Positions 15,069 through 15,334 of a stretch of 15,334 nt of DNA are shown here, in pieces. The notes below the pieces were generated by a model. It was not told the DNA's origin, did not search any database, and was given only the letters and a program-made list of their open reading frames with translations. Every line of letters begins with the position of its first letter. Position 1 is the first letter of the stretch. Source of the stretch: Chthoniobacteraceae bacterium. GTDB lineage: Bacteria > Verrucomicrobiota > Verrucomicrobiia > Chthoniobacterales > Chthoniobacteraceae. Where the stretch lies: assembly GCA_031409335.1 (NCBI GenBank), contig JANNWY010000050.1:1-15334 (forward strand), read 5' to 3'. The translations under genes were made by a program, and so were the position numbers.

Positions 15069-15198
15069 AAAAGCTCAGGAGCATGCTAACCGTCAGGCAG
15101 ATCACAAAAAGCAGGGGCATGATCCAGCGCATCCGTTCGTGGGTGCGGCGGGCGACTTCCATCCGATCGTTCATCGTCAGGCGATGCGCGTACACTAG
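15067..15198 (-). pseudogene. 3' fragment of an IS-interrupted membrane-protein gene resembling the M3-M4 end of a prokaryotic pentameric ligand-gated ion channel
   Basis: Minus-strand frame LVYAHRLTMNDRMEVARRTHERMRWIMPLLFVICLTVSMLLSF*, starting at the CTAG junction with the IS and ending in TAG at 15067-15069. Confidence 0.55.
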
Positions 15199-15334
15199 TG
15201 TATTGTCAATTGTAGCGCGATGGTTAAAAGTGAAAGAATTAGCGGGTACTAATATTATCTCTGTATAAATGGGCGTGATGCCAAAGAAAAAGCATCACAT
15301 CCGACTCAGTGGCGAGGAACGCGGGCAACTCGAA
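15198..15334 (+). mobile_element. Left end of an IS630-family insertion sequence, truncated by the window edge
   Basis: CTAG (15195-15198) is followed by TGTATTGTCAATT, an abrupt drop in GC and a transposase-like start. IS630 elements duplicate TA, often within CTAG. Confidence 0.75.
15278..15334 (+). CDS. IS630-family transposase, N-terminal HTH region (partial)
   Basis: MPKKKHHIRLSGEERGQLE resembles the K-x-x-(I/V)-x-L-(S/T)-x-E-E-R-x-x-L start of IS630 transposases. An alternative in-frame ATG lies at 15269. Confidence 0.75.
   Translation, partial: MPKKKHHIRLSGEERGQLE

Noticed and set aside
14830..15268. Plus-strand ORFs 14830-15198 and 15083-15268
   Set aside because: They span the palindrome or the IS junction, and the minus-strand membrane fragment is the more protein-like reading.

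Overview
GC-rich bacterial window, most consistent with a PVC-superphylum organism, probably Verrucomicrobia. This is inferred from a PVC-type dehydrogenase/HEAT/CxxCH protein, tandem exported sulfatases and the style of the intergenic repeats. It has eight intact CDSs: a small basic protein with a globular N-terminal domain and a histone-H1-like KKAPxx tail, mtnA, an L,D-transpeptidase, two Cys-type sulfatases, an uncharacterised TIM-barrel/GH42-trimerisation-type glycoside hydrolase, an alpha/beta hydrolase and the 1039-aa heme c protein. Several features are missing from the ORF track: a truncated, nonsense-mutated paralog of the glycoside hydrolase N-terminus (11333-11472), cut exactly at a repeat that looks like a mobile-element end; several small cassettes in which terminal inverted repeats enclose a palindromic core; the start of an IS630-like element at the right edge; and the C-terminus of the gene it interrupts, which resembles the M4 helix of a prokaryotic pentameric ligand-gated ion channel. 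MtnA carries Phe in place of its catalytic Cys. I found no CRISPR array, rRNA or tRNA. I cannot show a complete new system here; the leads below come from reading the sequence by eye, without database searches.
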